Below are positions 1 through 11,114 of a DNA stretch of 64,000 nucleotides, piece after piece. Position 1 is the first letter of the stretch. Each line of letters opens with the position of its first letter. The notes below the pieces were generated by a model. It ran no database searches. It was given only the letters and a program-made list of their open reading frames with translations, and had not been told where the DNA came from. The translations under genes and the position numbers were made by a program. This DNA is from Naegleria gruberi. Taxonomy: Eukaryota. The DNA is taken from NCBI GenBank assembly GCA_000004985.1, contig GG738861.1. One strand, 5' to 3'.

Positions 1-3000
1 GACTTTCAAAGAATGGTTTGAATCTTTCCTCTGAAGAAGCCAAATCTCCACTTGGATTCAAAAGATAATAGACATTATCTCGTTTGATTTCTCCATTCAC
101 CTCTGTCATTCTATTCAAATGATAGTAGAGAAGTAAAAGGCTTGGCATTCTGGAGGTTGGATAACCTCTAATTGTTGGCATTGACTCGAGTGGAAGTTGT
201 TGAATCAGCTTATCCAAACAAAATACTAAATGTTTTCTCTTAATCTTTTGCTTTTCAATCCTGGTACAGTGTCTGAATAATAGATTGTCCTTTTTCTTGT
301 CACTCTCTGAGAAGGCCTGTAGGAAGGTGGTATAGAAAATATTTTGAATTGAAGACACAATCGAAGCATCACAATCAACATTGCCCAAAATGAAATACTT
401 GATACATTCCTCCACATCTGACTCTTCCTTGAAGGAAGAGAAGGATTTCAATAATAATTTAGCCATTCTAGGATCAAATGTAAAGTCAACCATTCCTCCT
501 ACATCTTTCAATTTTTCAATCAGAAATTCAGTTTTAGCTTCCAAAATTTCATCAAACTCACTCATTAAACGAGGGACAAGTAATAACTTGATTGGTCCGA
601 AGAGTAGGTCCTCAATATATTTGACCAAGGTAGCAAGCTTTTCATCGAGATCCTTTCTAGTTTTCCACCAAGAGGATTTGTCAGTAATGGTGAAAGACTC
701 CTTACTTAGGATTTGCAGGTGGTCAAAGGAGAGTAAAACCTTATGGAGAATGTTACTGTCATTTCCAAACAATGCCTGATAGGAACGCCAATTCGAGTAT
801 GAGCTTAAACTACTGGAAGTGAGCTGAGATCCTGAATCAGAAGATTTTTGATACTGTAATTGAGTTTGTTTGATGGCAGACTCACTGAATAACCTGTTAA
901 GTTTGGAGAATGACTCTGTATTTCTAACAAGTGGAATTGGCATGACAATACAATCATCATCACCTCCACTATGATTATTCATAACTGTCACTACCAGATT
1001 TGAATAATCTGTAATAAATATTATTTAGTAAATTAAAAAAAAAGAATAAATATACATACCATCGGTAATGCAAATGTTACAAACACTAATATTGGAAGGC
1101 AAAATCGAAATTAAATTATCCATAAAACTCTTTTTTGTTGTCAGATCCTTCAAGTCTAACATGAATGTAAATTGCAACTCATTCGTTATTGACAATCTTC
1201 TCATCATTTTTTCCACTCCCTTATTATCTGTCATGTCATCCATACTTCCAATACTTTGCATTCCATTATTATTCATTGAATTGAAATAGTCCAATAAATC
1301 TTGTAAGGTATGCTTCAATCTAATACCCATAGACATGGAGCTTAGGAATGCATAGTCCCTCTCTTCACTATTATTTGTAAAGGTTGTCTCGGAGGTAGTG
1401 TTCATGTGAGCCAAAATACGCTTCTTCAACGGTATTGGAACATCATTCCAAGCCAAACCAAAGTTAGATCTAAACTCATAGTTTAACTTGTTATTTCCAC
1501 TGAGTGCATTACAATAATACTTGACCCATAGTGAATCTTCCTCAGTCTTTTCATTGCTTGCATTCAAATCAACCACCTTCGACAGTCTCTCAAGTATTTG
1601 TTTGGCTCCTTGTTCATCATTCCTTTTAAGTAGGAGTATCACTTTTTGTAAATCGATACCCATTTCATTCTTATTTGAAATGCTATTGAGGAGTGTCTCT
1701 GCCTCTTCATCCTTATTTTGCATCAAGAGCATCGTACTCTCCAAGAGTAAGAATTCATGAGCAAACTTGTTAATAATATTATGTGTAGCACTGGTGTTAT
1801 CACTTAAAAGTGCTTTTACAATCTGTACAATATATTCTACATCTTCAAAATCGTGTCTATTCAACTTCAGTCTAGCAAGATGGTATAAATATGATAGAGT
1901 AAAACTCAAACATTTTACGAGAATTGAAAATCTCAAACCCTGTCTAATACAAGTCTCACATGAAGAAAAGTTGCCTCTCACTTCATGTATTCTAATCATT
2001 TGCTGATAATGAAGTAAAGAAATACACGAATGATCAAAGTGGTGAGCCAATGAGAAGGAAGTTTTCAAATCACTCTTGGTAGCCTTCTTTGTTATTGACT
2101 CTATGACTTTAGCTTCAGACCTCTTTTCCTTTTCCAACATACCTCTCATTTTCATACTCTTAATGAGATGTTGATAGGCCACTTGGACGTCATACTTCAT
2201 TGCTGCCTTGCAATTAATGTAGCTATATTTAGATATTGAGGCAGCATCCTCAGTTGATAATTCCAAAATCTTACCAGTTATTTCATTAGATAGTTGCATA
2301 AAGCTGTCATCCTCGGGCTTGCAACAAAATCTCCTCCGATATTCAAATTCTTGGAAGGAATCCAATTTTTCTCTCTTGATAAACTGTTTATCGTTCATAT
2401 GTAAAGCATGATCATTGAGAATGGAAAGTATTGTTTGGTATTGTTTCAAATAGTCGGCATCCACATTAGAGGGAATAGGCTTTGAGAAAATCCTTCTAAA
2501 ATTGAGAATGACATCATCCATTCCATAAACCATACAGAATCTAATTACAGTTCCAATCAGATAGAAAATGTAAATAATATCCCTCTTGTTAAGATGTGCA
2601 AACAAATCAGTAACATCCAGATTAAATCTCAAATTTCTTGTAAGTGATTCTATTGATTGTAAATGACCATTGAAAACAGTTTTCAGCACCTTGCTAAATA
2701 TTTCCTTATTTTTCATATTGAGAGTTTCATTACTATTATTCACTGAGAGCAAGTCTTCGATATTCGAAGGATTCCTCTCCAAATATCTCATACATGAAAC
2801 AAATGTTGTAATGATATTGGTAATGAAAGGAATGATAGTTTGGGTGAGAGTATCGTTACCATTGACTATGGTGGTACCTAGCATTGAACTCACCTCTTCC
2901 AATTCTTTCAAAACTTGAGAATCGGAAACAGGTTGAGTTCCAGAGTATGAGTGTAAAAAGAGAAGAATTCTCTTGACCTTGTAGAGAATAATATCTGATG

Positions 3001-3565
3001 AATTGGGTGATACTTTCTCTAAATATTCTCCCAGTCGTTGTAATACTAGAATATTTTCCTTGAAGAGTATATCCTGACAATTAGTATCCTCTATTGCTTT
3101 TAATTCCAATTTGAGAAAAGGTATTTGATGAACTTCATAGGCCTCCTCTTTGATGGCTTCTACTATTGTAAAAATTGGTTGTTCTTGTGGAGATTTGTGT
3201 GCTTTTGTTTTGCAGTTAATATAACTCTGGAAAAGAAATAAAAGTTTAGCCTCGTTGAAAGTTCCCGTCGAAACATTTTGCCGAATTAACTTGATGAAAC
3301 CCTTCTGAATTTCCATAAAATCGGCATTTGGTAGTTTGTATTTCGATCTCAAAAGTAGTTCGAATGTTTTCAGCAAGTGATCGGAGGCTACTTTAAATTT
3401 ATCAGCAAATTTCTCAGGTATTGGAGTGCTGAGTACTTTTTGAAAGAGTTGTTTACCTTCCTCCAAACTCTTGACAGCCTGCTCGAAATTGTTTGCTTGG
3501 TAGGCAGAGAGACCTTTGTTATACTCTTCAATGCCCTTCTTATAGAGGTCGATGAGTGCTTGCAT
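1..3565 (-). CDS. Large helical-repeat protein, separase (Esp1/ESPL1)-like; partial, 3' end runs off the window start. Exons in window: 1060..3565 and <1..1008, with intron 1009..1059.
   Basis: 846-aa ORF 1025..3565, whose start region is preceded by an A/T tract. On the minus strand a 51-nt intron (GTATGT...TTACAG) sits just before the ORF's stop. After splicing, the frame stays open through position 1 (more than 330 further codons). The downstream exon contains 'LVFCLDKLIQQLPLESMP' and 'YYLLNPSGDL', which resemble the conserved separase 'LDxxLQxLPWE' block. The catalytic His/Cys of the C50 peptidase domain would lie outside the window. N-terminal helical repeats are consistent with separase. 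Confidence 0.4.
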
Positions 3566-3825
3566 TTTTTTTCTTTTTTTTTTTAACTGGTAATATTGGC
3601 GGGAACTTTCATCACGTTTTATTCAAATTAATTTCGTCACTTTTATTAATATTAATTTCATCACGTTTTATTAATAATATTAATTTACTTGGTGATGGTG
3701 CCACGTACATGAATCCAACCAATGATGATAAAAATTCCCACATACGTAACAACTTTTACAATATTTTCAAATAATTAAAGGTTTTAATAATATTTTAATT
3801 TTGTACAAGTGAATTTTACATTGAA

Positions 3826-4317
3826 TTATCTATTCATGATTTTGGTGACTGTTGGTCCTTGATTCTTAGTTCTATTTTCAATATCGTTTTGTTCCTTGAT
3901 TGACATTAAAATTTCTTCCTTATTTGTTTCTAAAACTAAACCTCCAATAACAATTTCTTCCAAAATATAATGTACTTTATCAGAGTGGAAAATCAAATCT
4001 AATTCACAAACATTTTCAAAGCATTTATCCAAAGTCTCAACAAAAACTTGGATAAGATCTAAAATTCCTAATTCGCTTTCATTTTGATCCACAGCAAATA
4101 TAAAGTACAATGTAGCATAATGTCTATAGATGAGTTTGGTATCCTTTCCCCAAATAGCACCTCCTTCCAAGAAGTTGCAAACATTATCCGGTCTTCTCAC
4201 TACCAATGAGTAACATTCACGAACAGCTTGTTGTTGTTTTTCGAATGGGACTTGTTCAAAGAACTTGGAAAGACGAGCTTTACCGTGATTATTCACAACA
4301 AGGATACCTTTAATCAT
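3826..4317 (-). CDS. AP3S: AP-3 adaptor complex sigma subunit
   Basis: 163 aa. Near-collinear identity with metazoan AP3S1: 'MIKGILVVNNHGKARLSKF', 'NVCNFLEGG', 'KLIYRHYATLYF', 'SELGILDLIQVFVETLDKCFENVCELDLIFH'. ATG start and a single continuous ORF. Confidence 0.9.
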   Translation of the reverse strand: MIKGILVVNNHGKARLSKFFEQVPFEKQQQAVRECYSLVVRRPDNVCNFLEGGAIWGKDTKLIYRHYATLYFIFAVDQNESELGILDLIQVFVETLDKCFENVCELDLIFHSDKVHYILEEIVIGGLVLETNKEEILMSIKEQNDIENRTKNQGPTVTKIMNR

Positions 4318-4573
4318 TTTTTATATTTTTAAAAAGATTTTTTATTATTATTGTTTGATGATGAAAGCTTCCACCTCCTTTCTATTTGATGATAATGATA
4401 ACAACTGCTTGCCTAGGAGTTTTAATTCTGTATTATTAATTAATGCTAATGAGACCTCACATTAAAATCTAGTTGTTGTTTTGTTTTATCACAATGACAA
4501 ATATGACGGCAGTTAAAACCCGCCAAAACATAAAACTCACCGTTAACAAATTCAAAAAACCAATTTAAAAAAA

Positions 4574-6169
4574 ATGACGAACATTACCTCTGATAAAACC
4601 AAGGTACACTTCTTCAGAGATGAATTTATGGAAGGAAGATTTAGAAGACCAGAACCTTTTCTAACTGTTGACTATAATTCACAGACCAATCGACTTGTTA
4701 CAGCAGGTATTCAAACCGATATTAAAGTTTGGGAAATTTCCTACTCTGACGATGATGTCATGTTCAAGCTTGTTGCTGTGATGAATCCAATCTATGACAG
4801 TGCCAAGGTTGTCAATATTGCTAGATGGAGTCCTTGTGGTAATTATATTGCTACAGGATGTGGTAGAGGTGCTGTTATTATTTGGAAAAAGAAGGGTCTA
4901 ATTGATCAAGGCTCACAACAGAAAAAGGCTGCTGCTTTGAATATTCAAGATGATGAAACAGATCTATCCTTCTTGGAAAGTGAAGTCAAGCCAACTGAAG
5001 AATGGATTATTGTAAAGAGATTTGGTGGCGAAGAAGGAGAAGATGTTTGGGATTTGAATTGGTCACCTCCACTCATTGATCATAAAACTGGAAAGACAAC
5101 CTACTTGTTGGCAACTACATCCATGGATAGAAGACTCAAAGTTTATCAACCATTGGAAACTTATGATATTTTGCATGAATATATTTCTGATGTCCACTCA
5201 TCGATTGGTGGTGTGGCTTGGGATCCTCTAGGTTATTATTTGGCCATTCAATTGAGTGCTGCTAAAAAGTCGATACTGTTTGGGTTGAATCAAGAAAAAT
5301 TCTCAATTCTAGGTCCAAGAAGTCAACAATCATCAAATACTGCTGGTGAATCTAAGAAAAAGAAGAAGGGAGCTCCAGTCTTTGAAAAGGTTGGAACTAT
5401 CAAGAAGAGTGCTAAGGATAATAAGGAATTATTCCAAGGAGATAATCATACCATTCAGTACAGATCTACAGTGTTGAATAGTGTTAGAAGATTGTCCTTC
5501 TCTCCAGATGGTACCTTCTTATTCACAACAGCAGGTTTATCCAACTCTTTACACATGTTCTATAGAAATATATGGAAGAAGCCAGTCAAGTGTATTGCTG
5601 GCCTGACTTCCACTTGTCCAGTTGTTAGATTCTCACCAATTCTTTACAAATCCATTGCTGAAAAATCAATGCTGCCTTATAGAATGATGGCTTGTGCCTC
5701 CTCGAAGGATGAAATTATTATTTTCGATACCGAGTCCAATAATGTATTATACAGAGCTCAGAAATTATTCACACAAACAATTACCGATGTTGCTTGGAGC
5801 AATGACGGCAATGTTCTCTTTATTTCATCACAAGAAGGGTTGATGGGTATTATTCGATTTGATTCAACTGAACTGGGAGAAAAGTACGATTTACTCTCAG
5901 TCATTACTGAAATGCAAAACAACAGCAGCTCAACAACTGAAACTAATTCAACAACACCTCTCTCACCTCTCCAAACTCACATCTCAAAGATTGGAGAACT
6001 CATCTCTCAGAGTGGTAAATCACTTCAAAAGATTATCCAATCCAATTCAGAGGCACCAAAGGAAGTAGAACAAGTGAATGTTCTTGTTCCTAAGAGAAAG
6101 AATGTTGTAACAACACTTGGTGCAACAACAACAACTTCATCTACAGCAGCAATTATTAATATTGAATAA
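4574..6169 (+). CDS. CHAF1B: WD40-repeat histone chaperone subunit, CAF-1 p60 (CHAF1B/Cac2)-like
   Basis: 531 aa. The N-terminal WD repeats follow the CAF-1 p60/HIRA pattern ('LVTAGIQTDIKVWEI', 'VNIARWSPCGNYIATGCGRGAVIIWKKK', 'TTSMDRRLKVY', 'FSPDGTFLFTTAG'). The C-terminal tail is Ser/Thr-rich. Its length fits CAF-1 p60 better than HIRA. Confidence 0.5.
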   Translation: MTNITSDKTKVHFFRDEFMEGRFRRPEPFLTVDYNSQTNRLVTAGIQTDIKVWEISYSDDDVMFKLVAVMNPIYDSAKVVNIARWSPCGNYIATGCGRGAVIIWKKKGLIDQGSQQKKAAALNIQDDETDLSFLESEVKPTEEWIIVKRFGGEEGEDVWDLNWSPPLIDHKTGKTTYLLATTSMDRRLKVYQPLETYDILHEYISDVHSSIGGVAWDPLGYYLAIQLSAAKKSILFGLNQEKFSILGPRSQQSSNTAGESKKKKKGAPVFEKVGTIKKSAKDNKELFQGDNHTIQYRSTVLNSVRRLSFSPDGTFLFTTAGLSNSLHMFYRNIWKKPVKCIAGLTSTCPVVRFSPILYKSIAEKSMLPYRMMACASSKDEIIIFDTESNNVLYRAQKLFTQTITDVAWSNDGNVLFISSQEGLMGIIRFDSTELGEKYDLLSVITEMQNNSSSTTETNSTTPLSPLQTHISKIGELISQSGKSLQKIIQSNSEAPKEVEQVNVLVPKRKNVVTTLGATTTTSSTAAIINIE

Positions 6170-6315
6170 ACAATTACTAAGTTATTTATCTAATTCTAAA
6201 CATGTCATCATAAAAACCTTCGGATCACATTAAATAATAAATATTTAAAAATTCCTTCACTACTTCAACAAAATAAATGTGATGAAGAATAAAATTATTC
6301 AACTTCAAAAAAAAT

Positions 6316-7185
6316 ATGACAAAATTCTCATCACTGAAAAACGCAATTCCTCGTAAAACCAAGAAGGAACGTTCCCAACCAAAATGGCGTAGGGATTTGG
6401 GTTATGGTACATTGGAAAAACACAAGGATTATAAAGTGAGATCCCGAAAGGCCCATCAAATTGAGGAACAAAAAAAGTTATTACACGAACAAATCAAGAA
6501 TAAGAATGAAGATGAATACTTTATCGATATGGCACACGCCACAAAAACCGATACAGGAACAACAGTTATTGAAAAGATTCCAACAATGAAGAAGAAAAAG
6601 GAAGCCTTGAATAATTTAAAAAAAACAAAGAAGGAACAACGATTGTTTGTACAACAAAATGCGGAAAAGAATTTGAATTTACTCAGAATGAAATTACAAA
6701 TTATAAATAATAATATTGAAAAACTGAGAAGAGGACTTGGATTTTTGGAAGTTGCTTCCAAGTCTGATAAGAAAATTAAGCATAAAGTATTTTTGAAGAG
6801 TAAGGAAGAGCTGGAAACTTTCGATCCTGTGGAATATTTCGATACTGATCCTTTACTGCTCAATCAAACTCATAACAGAGTGAAACGAAAGACTTTGGCT
6901 GAACAATCTGTTCAAGCATATGCACCAAACGCAGGTATTGATGCTTACACTACACCAGCAACTGATAATGCCACACTTGCAGAATATAAAAAGTTGGAAA
7001 AGTTAATTTCCAAGAGAGAAGTTATTGAAAAGACAATTAATGATATTGAAGTAGCTCTCCAATTAACACTCTCATCAGACAAGGTTGAAAAGATTGAAAG
7101 AGACAAATCAACTGAAAGAAAGAATCTTAAAGGTGACTATTCTGATGTAAAGACTGTTCAATTCAAGAAGGAAAGAAAAAGATAA
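6316..7185 (+). CDS. UTP11: U3 snoRNP / SSU processome protein UTP11
   Basis: 289 aa. 'ERSQPKWRRDLGYGTLEKHKDYKVRSRKAHQ...EDEYFIDMAHATKTDTG' matches the UTP11 N-terminal block ('EHRERSQLGFRKHLGLLEKKKDYKLRA...PDEFYYKMT'). The C-terminal 'VQFKKERKR' matches the UTP11 'YKFQSRRKR' ending. Confidence 0.85.
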   Translation: MTKFSSLKNAIPRKTKKERSQPKWRRDLGYGTLEKHKDYKVRSRKAHQIEEQKKLLHEQIKNKNEDEYFIDMAHATKTDTGTTVIEKIPTMKKKKEALNNLKKTKKEQRLFVQQNAEKNLNLLRMKLQIINNNIEKLRRGLGFLEVASKSDKKIKHKVFLKSKEELETFDPVEYFDTDPLLLNQTHNRVKRKTLAEQSVQAYAPNAGIDAYTTPATDNATLAEYKKLEKLISKREVIEKTINDIEVALQLTLSSDKVEKIERDKSTERKNLKGDYSDVKTVQFKKERKR

Positions 7186-7349
7186 ATTATTTATTAATTC
7201 ACTTTCAAAATTTTTCATCAAAATTGGAAGCTTAGTTCAATTTGTGATTTTTGAACTGTGTAACACTTGCAGTAATTTGAGTTGTTGGTTCTCTTACAAG
7301 TTAGAGCCAAGTACACTGAGCGGGTTGACATGAAACCAAAATTATTGAA

Positions 7350-9158
7350 TTATTCCTTCTTCTTTTTAGCTACTCTTGGTGGTTCAGACTTTTCTTCTGG
7401 CTCACTATCTTCGTCTTTCTTGTCACTCTTTTCTGACTTGTTTCTCTTTACAGTTCTCTTACGTTTCTTTTCTCCATCGGCTGATGATGAGGATGACTTT
7501 TTCTTCTTCTTTTCTTCGCCAGTTGTTGTGGAAGAGCTTGGAGCACTGGATGAGCTTGCTTCGGAAGGTTTTGATGAAGAGCCTTCCTTTGAAGATGTTG
7601 CAAGGGAGGCACTGCTTGAAGATGGTCTAATTGACTCAATTTCTGGAACTAAGGCCTTTAACTTTTTAATGACATCTGTCTTTGAAGGCCAAATGCTACG
7701 CAATTCCTTGATAAATTGGTCTAGCTCCTTTCTCTTATCGAGATGTTCCTCAACTGGCTTACCCTTGTTATGGCTATCGACATACTCAAAGGTTTTGTTA
7801 ATAATTTGCTTAATAAGCTCGTTGGTTTCTTGAGAGAGTGAAAGTCTCATGTTTGCCTCCTTTCTAAATTTATCTCGAAGAGTTTCATAAACAGTGGCAG
7901 AATAAGTAAGGGTTGTCTCATTCAATTTGTTGGCAACTTCCCTAAAGAGGGCCTCTTTGAGTGCAGTCTTCAAGGTGGAAATCTCTGCTGGATAAGCAAC
8001 TTGCTCATGCTCATTGACGAGTGACTTCATTCGATCCTTGATTGTCTTTGGACCAAAGTTAAGTGGTGGAATTTTTCTCAACCTTTTGAGAAGTGTATTT
8101 GGTACACCCTTCTTGAAATGCTTCAAACGAGCAAGAGCCAACTTTTTAATTCCTTCATTGAGTTCTGGAGGAATGGTCTTGTAGGATTTAGAAGAGTCAA
8201 ACCCGAGTGATTTAGAGAGTTCTTCGAGCTCAGTGATTGCTTCTTCAATTTCTTCATGGAATTTAGAATTCTTTTGATCATCTCCACCAAGAGTATCATC
8301 TTCATCACTGGATGATTCATCGGAATCTTCTTCAGAATCTTCATCATCATAGAATGTGTGCTTTTCTAATTGTTGAGCTTCTTGGTGTGGAATCATTGGG
8401 AAATCAGTAGCAATTACATCATATTCTGTATCATCAATGAATGAATCCTCACTATCATAATCGAATCTTCTCTTTTCTTCCTCCTTCTTCTTCTTAGTGC
8501 TTTTACTACTACCTCTTTCTGGAAGAGTGAGAGAATATTTGAGTTGTCTTTCTCTCTTTGTAATGTTGTGAATCACATCATTCAAACGATTTGCATGAGA
8601 GTTTGTCTCGGACAATAATTCCCAATCCAATTCGTCAGGATCAATCTCACCTCTATCGGATTGTGTTAATAATCCAGTAGTAAGAATGGTATTGGTCTTT
8701 AATTTTTCTCTTCTCTGTTTGTCTTTTTCTTGTTCTGATGGTTGTGGTTGTGTTGGAGCACTTTCCGATTCGAAAACATATTCCTCCTCTTCGTCATTAT
8801 TGCTGGCCAAGAAACCAAAACCTATCGTAGATGATGAAGATGCTTCATTGTTATTATCACTTGTGGTAGTAGCATTTGTTTCTGTTGGTAATTTAGATGG
8901 TTCCTCATCCTCCATCATTTCACCCTCCGATTCCTCATCATCATCAACTACCTTTTTAGCTTTTCGTTTGGGTGTTGAAACTCTTTTTCCAGAGGTTTTT
9001 TCAATAAACTTCTTTGCATCCCGTAAAAGTTTCTTAAAATTGATTACAGTTGTAGGATATTTGTCAGCGAGTGGATCTTCATAACTATCAAAATCGATGG
9101 GTGTAATGGGAATGTAGAATCTCAGAGATGGTTTTGCAGCAGGTTGAGTATTGTCCAT
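7350..9158 (-). CDS. Ubinuclein/Hpc2-like protein with HUN domain (HIRA histone-chaperone complex subunit candidate)
   Basis: 602 aa, highly acidic and Ser-rich. It contains 'RRFDYDSEDSFIDDTEYDVIATD', which matches the HUN (Hpc2-Ubinuclein N-terminal) histone-binding signature 'YDxSDSFIDxSExYDE'. Basic NLS-like tail. Confidence 0.55.
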   Translation of the reverse strand: MDNTQPAAKPSLRFYIPITPIDFDSYEDPLADKYPTTVINFKKLLRDAKKFIEKTSGKRVSTPKRKAKKVVDDDEESEGEMMEDEEPSKLPTETNATTTSDNNNEASSSSTIGFGFLASNNDEEEEYVFESESAPTQPQPSEQEKDKQRREKLKTNTILTTGLLTQSDRGEIDPDELDWELLSETNSHANRLNDVIHNITKRERQLKYSLTLPERGSSKSTKKKKEEEKRRFDYDSEDSFIDDTEYDVIATDFPMIPHQEAQQLEKHTFYDDEDSEEDSDESSSDEDDTLGGDDQKNSKFHEEIEEAITELEELSKSLGFDSSKSYKTIPPELNEGIKKLALARLKHFKKGVPNTLLKRLRKIPPLNFGPKTIKDRMKSLVNEHEQVAYPAEISTLKTALKEALFREVANKLNETTLTYSATVYETLRDKFRKEANMRLSLSQETNELIKQIINKTFEYVDSHNKGKPVEEHLDKRKELDQFIKELRSIWPSKTDVIKKLKALVPEIESIRPSSSSASLATSSKEGSSSKPSEASSSSAPSSSTTTGEEKKKKKSSSSSADGEKKRKRTVKRNKSEKSDKKDEDSEPEEKSEPPRVAKKKKE

Positions 9159-9391
9159 TTTTTTATTTTAATTTTTAAATTTATTTACCAACAATTAGAC
9201 TTCCCGCCAATTTTCATATGATTATTCAGAACAATGCCAATTTTATTGGAATAGTAAAAAGAAAAATGATATTGACCTCATATCGAGTATTCAACACGTA
9301 CTCTACCAAAAATCAATATATGACTATGCTTCACCAAGCAACAACGAATTGACAATTTATGTTGTTGGTATCACTAACACGTATAGAATAT

Positions 9392-10198
9392 TTATTGATA
9401 AAGTGAACGTTGAATATCAACAAACTTATCATTAAACTCTTCTCCTCCTTGTAAGAGATATTCTACCATTGTCCACTCCTTGCCCTTCTCCTTATTAAAT
9501 TGTTCAACTGCTTGTCCATAGAGAACGAAAGCTTGTTGAAGTTTTTTAAGTGAGAGAGATTGATCAGCTTGTTTCAATTTCTCTTGCAATTCTTCCTTAC
9601 CATAGTCACAGCCATAGGAAGGAGTTCCTGGATGTTGTCTCCAGGAATCTTTCAAAGAACCTGCATCAACTGGATCAAAACCAATTTGTTCAACCAAATC
9701 AAAGACAATTGCCTTAGCCTTTTCATCATCTCCTGCAATTGGAAGAGCCACTCTGTGTTTTTTATCTTTGCTTGGCTTGAATTTCAAACTATAGGTTGAA
9801 ATATTGTTAAAAACCTTAACAACTGATCTTCCAATTGTTTTGGAAACCCATTCACTATGAGTTAATTCAAGTTTATCCAACGATTCAATTGGAGCATCTC
9901 TAAATCCTGGATAATAATTATTAGTATCAATAATGACCAAATCTTTTGGAGCATTTCTAAATAAATCCTTTGGTAATTGTTCAATATTTTTGAATGGAAT
10001 GGTTACAATGACAATGTCTTTGATTGTTTCAGAGATTTGAACTGCCTTTGCTCCTGTTTCCTTTTCAACATCAATCAAAGTTTGAGGACCACGAGAATTT
10101 GCAATGACAACTGAATGACCCAAAGCAACCAAATGTTTGGCCAATGCAGATCCAATATTACCTGCTCCAATAATACCAATGTTATACTTTTTGCTCAT
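9392..10198 (-). CDS. Rossmann-fold NADP-dependent oxidoreductase, F420-dependent NADP reductase/NADP_oxidored_coenzyme_F420-like (bacterial type)
   Basis: The ORF runs 9392..10270 but its first codons are an alternative-start extension. The probable ATG is at 10198 (MSKKYNIGIIGAGNIGSALAKHL...), giving a classic GxGxxG dinucleotide-binding N-terminus. The roughly 268-aa size and motifs fit the bacterial/archaeal NpdG/'putative dinucleotide-binding enzyme' family. Confidence 0.45.
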   Translation of the reverse strand: MSKKYNIGIIGAGNIGSALAKHLVALGHSVVIANSRGPQTLIDVEKETGAKAVQISETIKDIVIVTIPFKNIEQLPKDLFRNAPKDLVIIDTNNYYPGFRDAPIESLDKLELTHSEWVSKTIGRSVVKVFNNISTYSLKFKPSKDKKHRVALPIAGDDEKAKAIVFDLVEQIGFDPVDAGSLKDSWRQHPGTPSYGCDYGKEELQEKLKQADQSLSLKKLQQAFVLYGQAVEQFNKEKGKEWTMVEYLLQGGEEFNDKFVDIQRSLYQ

Positions 10199-11114
10199 TT
10201 TCTTTTTTGTTTTGAATTGAAAAATTCCCACTCTCTGATCCTCAGAATTTATTCGAAAGTTTGACCGCATTCAGAAATTGTGCTTTTAAGCGATTTGCAT
10301 AAAGCACGTTTGTCCACCCTCATCAATATTAATTGAAATTTTGAAAGTACTCACTCTCCATAGAGAAAATTCAAACAATTATTTTCAATATTTGAAAGTT
10401 TGAATACTTCTGAAGATTTTCACAACTTGTTGTGCCAAGTTTACAATCACTGTACCATAAAGTAGTACAATCATCAACACCATTTGACTTATGATAAACA
10501 ACTAAATTGACAGTATCATTACCTTCAACACTATACCATAATGTAGTTCTAATAAGTTTTTGGGAATCAAATTGGAAGCAGCTGTTACAACAACATTAAT
10601 ATTACATTGTTTTTATTACAATGACAGATGAAAAAGAAGAGGGTCCTCAACCAGATGAAATGAGCAATTAAAATTGTTGAAACACTTTGAATTTCTCTTT
10701 GATTGCTATGAACAATTCCAATTCTGCAAGAAGTGAAAAGTTTGCACTGAGAGTTTGGGATCACTTTCTAGCTCGTATTAAACACTTTCCACTCACAATA
10801 ATTGGATGATTACAATTAATCTCAGTAGATAAACATTGTAACTTCATGCAACAAGATTTCTGCAACTTTTCGTGGAACTGAACTCTCAGTACCATAAACA
10901 ATATTTCAAATTTATTGGTGTTATTCCAGCTTTAAATAAAGGATATTCAAGGGTTTGCTTTTAGATACCACGTTTTTAAGAATGGGAAATGTTCATGCCA
11001 ATGATTTCTTGAAAAAAAGAAAAGAGACCTCAACCAAACATTCATAGAACCAATTGTTCATTTATTAATCACTAATAATAAATCACACAACAAGCAAATA
11101 AAAGGTTGACAAAA

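Noticed and set aside
381-779. 132-aa plus-strand ORF; similar ORFs at 1068..1289, 1521..2006 and 2670..2918
   Set aside because: They lie antisense within the large spliced minus-strand separase-like gene. They have low-complexity composition and no ATG context, so they are spurious antisense ORFs.
7282-7833. Plus-strand ORFs 7282..7833 and 7376..7630 inside the ubinuclein-like gene
   Set aside because: They are the antisense reading of an acidic, Ser-rich repeat (GAA/GAT/TCT runs), which is frame-open on both strands. Compositional artefact.
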